Positions 59,622-64,000 of a stretch of 64,000 bases of DNA are shown one piece after another. Every line of letters starts with the position of its first letter. Position 1 is the first letter of the stretch. The notes below the pieces were generated by a model. That model did no database searches. It was given only the letters and a program-made list of their open reading frames with translations, and was not told the origin of the DNA. Both the position numbers and the translations under genes were made by a program. Where the stretch lies: NCBI GenBank assembly GCA_963794325.1, contig CAWCDG010000004.1:960001-1024000 (forward strand), written 5' to 3'. The DNA is from an uncultured delta proteobacterium. Lineage in GTDB: Bacteria; Desulfobacterota; Binatia; Binatales; Binataceae.

Positions 59622-60417
59622 AGCGCGGCTCGCGCCGCTGCGCCAGCGCCGACGCGCCCTCGCGAAAATCCTCGGTGAGCAGCAGCGAGCTTTGCGCCAG
59701 CACCTCGAGCTCCTGGAATGTCATCTTGTCCAGCCCGTGACCTTTGTCGATGATCCGTTTTGCGAGCCCGACCGCGAGCGGCGCATTCCGCGCCATCTCG
59801 CGCGCCAGTTCTTCGGCCGCCGCGAGATGCGTCCCGTCGGCGACGACGCGATTCACCAGCCCGATCTTTTCGGCGTCCGCCGCCTCGATCATCCGCGCCG
59901 TCATGATCAGTTCCTTCGAGCGCGCATAGCCGACCGTCCGCGTCAGCCGCGTCGTGCCGCCCACGTCGGGCACCAACCCGATGCGCACTTCCGGCATCCC
60001 CAGCCGCGCGCCGGCCGACGCGATTCTCGCATCGCACGCGAGCGCCAACTCGAGCCCGAGTCCGCCGACGAAGCCATGCAACGCGCCGATAACCGGTTTC
60101 TCGATACTCTCGATCCGATTCAACGACGCCTGCGACTCCGCCACGAAGCGCCGGAAGCGTTGCATGTCGGGCCCGCCGCCATGACCGCCTTGCGCGCCGG
60201 TGTCATTGGCGAGCGAAGTGAAATCGATACCCGCCGAGAACGCCTGGCCCTCGCCGTAGATGATGATCGCGCGAACCTCGTTGCGATCGACCTCGTCGAT
60301 CGCCTCCGGAATCGCGCGCAACATCGCCTGGTTAATCGCGTTGCGCTTCTCCGGCCGATTGAGCGCGATATACGCAATCTCACCCTCGATCCGAACGTTG
60401 ATTGGATTTTCCGCCAT
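59608..60417 (-). CDS. Enoyl-CoA hydratase/isomerase family protein
   Basis: FSAGID, GLGLELALACD and PEVRIGLVPDVGG motifs. Confidence 0.92.
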   Translation of the reverse strand: MAENPINVRIEGEIAYIALNRPEKRNAINQAMLRAIPEAIDEVDRNEVRAIIIYGEGQAFSAGIDFTSLANDTGAQGGHGGGPDMQRFRRFVAESQASLNRIESIEKPVIGALHGFVGGLGLELALACDARIASAGARLGMPEVRIGLVPDVGGTTRLTRTVGYARSKELIMTARMIEAADAEKIGLVNRVVADGTHLAAAEELAREMARNAPLAVGLAKRIIDKGHGLDKMTFQELEVLAQSSLLLTEDFREGASALAQRREPRFKGR

Positions 60418-60483
60418 AAGACACCTCGCCAGCTAAGGTATCGCGCACCCGCAACACCGGTGCAACCGTGCTCCTTTTCCCGC

Positions 60484-60595
60484 GAACCTGAGAGCGAAAG
60501 GTTGTCCTCAACATTTCGCGATTAGCATTTTTCACTGGGTGCAGGGGTCACCCCTGCCGCGGAAGCGTGAAACCCGCGCAGGGTTTCACATTAAA
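60484..60595. repeat. Family B modular repeat
   Basis: Reverse complement of 36693-36797; its 3' half matches 27996-28052. Confidence 0.88.
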
Positions 60596-60639
60596 TTGAG
60601 TTCTTCTGCTGACTGTTCGCGTCGCGCGCTCTCGCGATC

Positions 60640-61437
60640 CTACTTCGATGATGCGGCGGGCGCACTCGCGCCGTTCAGATTTGCCGCGAGGAACTTGACG
60701 CTGCGATTCCATGCGTCTTGCGCATCGTCGGCGTTGTACCAGAACGCAAGCTCGGGAAAATTGAAGGCGTGATTTGCGCCTTCGTAGATTTTCATTTCGT
60801 GCGGACGTTTTTCCTTCGTCAGCAAATCGTCGAGCGTGTGGGCCATCACCACCGGCACCAGCACGTCCTTGTCGCCGTGCAGGATCAACGTCGGCGGCAT
60901 CGACTTTGCCCCGGACTCCAGCGCCGGCGGCAGTCCGCCGTAGTACTCGACGATTGCGCCGACTTGCTCCGGATCGACCGCTCCGACTGAAAGTGAAAGA
61001 AACGAACCGAGCGAAAATCCGAGCAGCGCGACTCGATGGGGATCGACTGCCGGATTCTTGTCGAGCGCGTCGAGTCCCGAATGGATCTCCTCGAGCCATA
61101 TCGGGAAGTCTTCTTTCATCTGCTCCGGCTGTCCCGGGCCGACCGCGTCAGTCTGGCTGTAGTACTCGATGAATTCCGTGTAGTAGCCGAGATCGGCGAG
61201 CTCGCCGCACATCTTTTCGTATTCGGGGTTGCCGGAGTCCTTTTGCTGCGACGCGCCATGCAGCATCACAACCGCTGGATGGGGCCCGCTGCCCTTGGGC
61301 GCGCAATGATATTCGTTGACCGGCTTGCCGCCTGAAGTGAACTCGCCCTTGACCCATCCGGCGTGAACGTTCGATGCGGCGAGCAGGAAGACTGCGGATG
61401 TGAGCGCGCCGCTAACGGACCGGAATGAAGAAGCCAC
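60640..61437 (-). CDS. Dienelactone hydrolase family alpha/beta hydrolase (secreted)
   Basis: GFSLG nucleophile elbow, HGDKD and ANHAF motifs. Confidence 0.85.
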   Translation of the reverse strand: MASSFRSVSGALTSAVFLLAASNVHAGWVKGEFTSGGKPVNEYHCAPKGSGPHPAVVMLHGASQQKDSGNPEYEKMCGELADLGYYTEFIEYYSQTDAVGPGQPEQMKEDFPIWLEEIHSGLDALDKNPAVDPHRVALLGFSLGSFLSLSVGAVDPEQVGAIVEYYGGLPPALESGAKSMPPTLILHGDKDVLVPVVMAHTLDDLLTKEKRPHEMKIYEGANHAFNFPELAFWYNADDAQDAWNRSVKFLAANLNGASAPAASSK

Positions 61438-61453
61438 TGTGTACGGAATCGGA

Positions 61454-62014
61454 CTACGACCGCATCAACTCAGCTTCGTCGGCAGCGATGGTGGCGTAGA
61501 CTTCGCGATCGATCTTGCGATATCGGTCGAGCGATTTTTCCGCCTGCTCTTCGTGCCCCTGCTCCTTCGCAATCTCGTGCATCTCTTTTTCGATCCACGA
61601 CAGATGCCACGATTCGTCTTTGGTGACAGACTTGAGCACTTCCATCGTTTCCGCGTCGACATTCGGCAGCGCCATATGCGCGTTGTAGCGGCTCTGCGCG
61701 CGCTCTTCGACTACGACCGTCAGCGCGAGCAGATCGATAATCGTCTTCGGCACTCCGGTCCGCAGCCCGAGCCGGCGCTGATAGCCGTCGTCGATTAGGA
61801 TTGGCGCGCCGCCGAGGTCAGAGATTCGCTTGGTCCACAGATAGGCGTGACGCGTTTCATCCGCCAGATGAGCCGTCATCTTGAGCTGCGACTCGCCGTC
61901 TTTCATGTGCGAGAGGAGGTTGAATAGCAAACGCGCACCGCGCAATTCGGCGTCGCGATAAAAGCTGAAGATAAGAATCTGCTTGTCCGCCGGGGACATT
62001 CCAGTGAAATTCAT
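61454..62014 (-). CDS. Ferritin-like diiron-carboxylate protein
   Basis: E...DETRH and EE...DESWH ligand pattern. Confidence 0.8.
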   Translation of the reverse strand: MNFTGMSPADKQILIFSFYRDAELRGARLLFNLLSHMKDGESQLKMTAHLADETRHAYLWTKRISDLGGAPILIDDGYQRRLGLRTGVPKTIIDLLALTVVVEERAQSRYNAHMALPNVDAETMEVLKSVTKDESWHLSWIEKEMHEIAKEQGHEEQAEKSLDRYRKIDREVYATIAADEAELMRS

Positions 62015-62229
62015 CGTTCCAAGTGATGCGCTCAATACCCAAGTCCTCCCGTCAGCCGCGGGCACACAGCGGCCAATTGGCTAATAGTATCAGATAAGAC
62101 GGTTGCGCCAAACTTATGCGATCCGTTCCGCAGGGTCAATAAAACACCCCCGCCAAGTGCGGCACAACGCCCTGAGCGGAGCAAACAAGTGAGTCGGCTG
62201 GTTTCAGAAAGATCTGGTATTCGATCCTA

Positions 62230-62453
62230 ACCTCTCCTTGTCCGAGGAGAGGTCGGCGTAAGCCGCGAAGCGGTGTCGCCGGGAGTGGTGCAACGTGCGA
62301 CAGCCCACCAACTTCGACTCGTTTAATCTCAACGCAGAGAAACCAATTCCCGCTCGACAGCAGCACAACGGGCGTTGTTGCCACAGCCAGCGTTGCACCC
62401 CACCCGTCGCACTCCTTCGGCGCGCGCCGACCTCCCCTCGGACAAGGGGAGGT
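62230..62453. repeat. MITE/REPIN-like element with ~65-bp imperfect inverted arms
   Basis: 62230-62295 (ACCTCTCCTTGTCCGAGGAGAGGTCGGCG...GGTGCAACG) is the imperfect inverse of 62391-62453. Confidence 0.8.
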
Positions 62454-62615
62454 GATTTCAAAGGTCCCCTTGCAGGGAGAGGAGAAGTACGCCGAGCCAC
62501 AGTACAAGAGCGATCAACAGAGAGTGTGTTCGACCCTATCTTGCAGTCGGCCTGAGACTTCTGATACTCCGCGAGATAGCGCGTGAGAACCGCAGTCTTT
62601 CCTAACGAGGCCTCC

Positions 62616-62777
62616 ATGCAAGAGTACTGGCCCGCATTGTTACCGCTAGTCATCGGATTGCTCGCCTTTGCGGTGGGTATGCTATTCGCCTTACACGAAC
62701 GAAACACTCTGGAATCACGCAAGCTGAACAACCTGCAGCGCGAACAGATACAAAACGATCACCACACGACGGGTTAG
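62616..62777 (+). CDS. Small single-pass membrane protein
   Basis: GAGG SD, a hydrophobic helix (WPALLPLVIGLLAFAVGMLFAL), and a stop overlapping the dprA start. Confidence 0.45.
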   Translation: MQEYWPALLPLVIGLLAFAVGMLFALHERNTLESRKLNNLQREQIQNDHHTTG

Positions 62778-63973
62778 TGCCTTCACCAGACGTTTACTGG
62801 CTCGCACTCAGACGAGTTCACGGAGTCGGTCCACGAACTTGCAAGCTGCTGATCGAAAAGTTCGGCGCCCCGGAAAAAATATTCCAGCTCAGCTCCGACC
62901 AGATCGCCGCCGCCGGCGTGCCTCGCAATACCGCCCGCAGTATCGCCGAGTTCCGCGACTTCGAGCCACTCGAGAAAGAACTCTGCGAGCTGCCGAATAT
63001 CGGCGCACGGCTCGTCAAATGGACCGACGCCGACTATCCTCCGAATCTGCGTCAAATCGCCGACCCGCCGCCGTTTCTGTTCGTGCGCGGCACCGCAGCG
63101 TTGACCGACTCCACTTGTATCGCGATCGTCGGCGCGCGCGCCGCCAGTGACATCGGACGCCGGATGGCGCAACGGCTCGGCCTCGAACTCGCCGCCAAAG
63201 GCTTCACCGTCGTGAGCGGTCTGGCGCGCGGAATCGACGGCGAGGCGCATCAAGGCGCGCTGGACGCCCACGGCAAAACCCTCGCGGTCCTCGGATGCGG
63301 CGTCGACGTCATCTACCCGGCTGAGCATCGCAAGCTGGCCGAGGCGATCATCGCGGGCGGCGGCGCGCTCATCAGCGAGCTCCCGATTGGAATGCAGCCG
63401 CTGGCCGAAAATTTCCCCACTCGCAACCGGATCCTGTCGGGCCTCTGCCTGGGTGTCGTAATCGTCGAGGCTGCCGAAAAGAGCGGCTCGCTGATTACTG
63501 CGCGGATGGCCCTCGAACAGGATCGCCAGGTCTTCGCCGTCCCCGGCAGCCCGCTCAGCGGCAGGACCCGCGGCAGCAATCGCCTTCTAAAGGAGGGCGC
63601 GAAGCTCGTCGAATGTGTCGAGGACGTAATCGAGGAGCTCGCGCCTCAGATGGCCGGCAGACCGCCTGCCGTCGAAAGGCGCCTGCCGATCGCCTCGAAT
63701 GAACCGGTTCCGATGCCGCCAACGTCTAATACACGCGTGATGGCCGAAGTAGCTCCGATGCTGCCGACGCCCGAAGATGCCAAATCTCTCGAAGAGCCTG
63801 TTGACAGCACTACGACAATTCTAAACAATCTAAAAGAATCTGAAAGACTCCACGTCGACTCGATAATCGAGTCGTCCGGGCTCAATGCCCAAACCGTGCT
63901 TAGGTTACTACTGGAACTGGAACTCGAGGGTCGCGTCACTCAGCATCCCGGCAAGCTTTTCTCGCTTGCGTAA
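62777..63973 (+). CDS. dprA: DNA-processing protein DprA
   Basis: AIVGAR, VSGLARGID, NFPTRNRILSG and SGSLITA motifs; C-terminal wHTH. Confidence 0.95.
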   Translation: MPSPDVYWLALRRVHGVGPRTCKLLIEKFGAPEKIFQLSSDQIAAAGVPRNTARSIAEFRDFEPLEKELCELPNIGARLVKWTDADYPPNLRQIADPPPFLFVRGTAALTDSTCIAIVGARAASDIGRRMAQRLGLELAAKGFTVVSGLARGIDGEAHQGALDAHGKTLAVLGCGVDVIYPAEHRKLAEAIIAGGGALISELPIGMQPLAENFPTRNRILSGLCLGVVIVEAAEKSGSLITARMALEQDRQVFAVPGSPLSGRTRGSNRLLKEGAKLVECVEDVIEELAPQMAGRPPAVERRLPIASNEPVPMPPTSNTRVMAEVAPMLPTPEDAKSLEEPVDSTTTILNNLKESERLHVDSIIESSGLNAQTVLRLLLELELEGRVTQHPGKLFSLA

Positions 63974-64000
63974 GTCTGGCAGGGTGTATGCCCTGTAGCG

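Overview
GC-rich bacterial chromosome segment. Gene content (LLM oxidoreductases, SCP-x thiolase/DUF35, WS/DGAT, P450, OprO/P porin) and repeat style suggest a Gram-negative soil lineage such as Candidatus Binatia; this is inference only. About 55 CDS: lipid/acyl-CoA catabolism, an Rrf2-yezD-porin-sbp-cysTWA sulfate uptake operon, a higBA pair, a DEAD-box helicase, a peptide-type ABC module, mtnA and dprA. I saw no rRNA, tRNA, CRISPR array or transposase. Main observations: (1) an exported rhodanese with an in-frame UGA at a CxxxxU position followed by a SECIS-like hairpin (probable selenoprotein), next to a SrpA-type catalase and cytochrome b561; (2) a polyphosphate operon ppx - two 'thymidylate kinase' paralogs - CHAD - SixA, resembling the heteromeric PPK3 known from Sulfolobales; (3) a candidate RNA switch between yezD and the porin that can sequester the porin SD, plus two Rrf2-type operators; (4) a Rok-like coiled-coil/winged-helix protein; (5) several families of modular palindromic repeats, one copy in frame inside a gene. 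Five +1 frameshifts in short base runs look like assembly errors.
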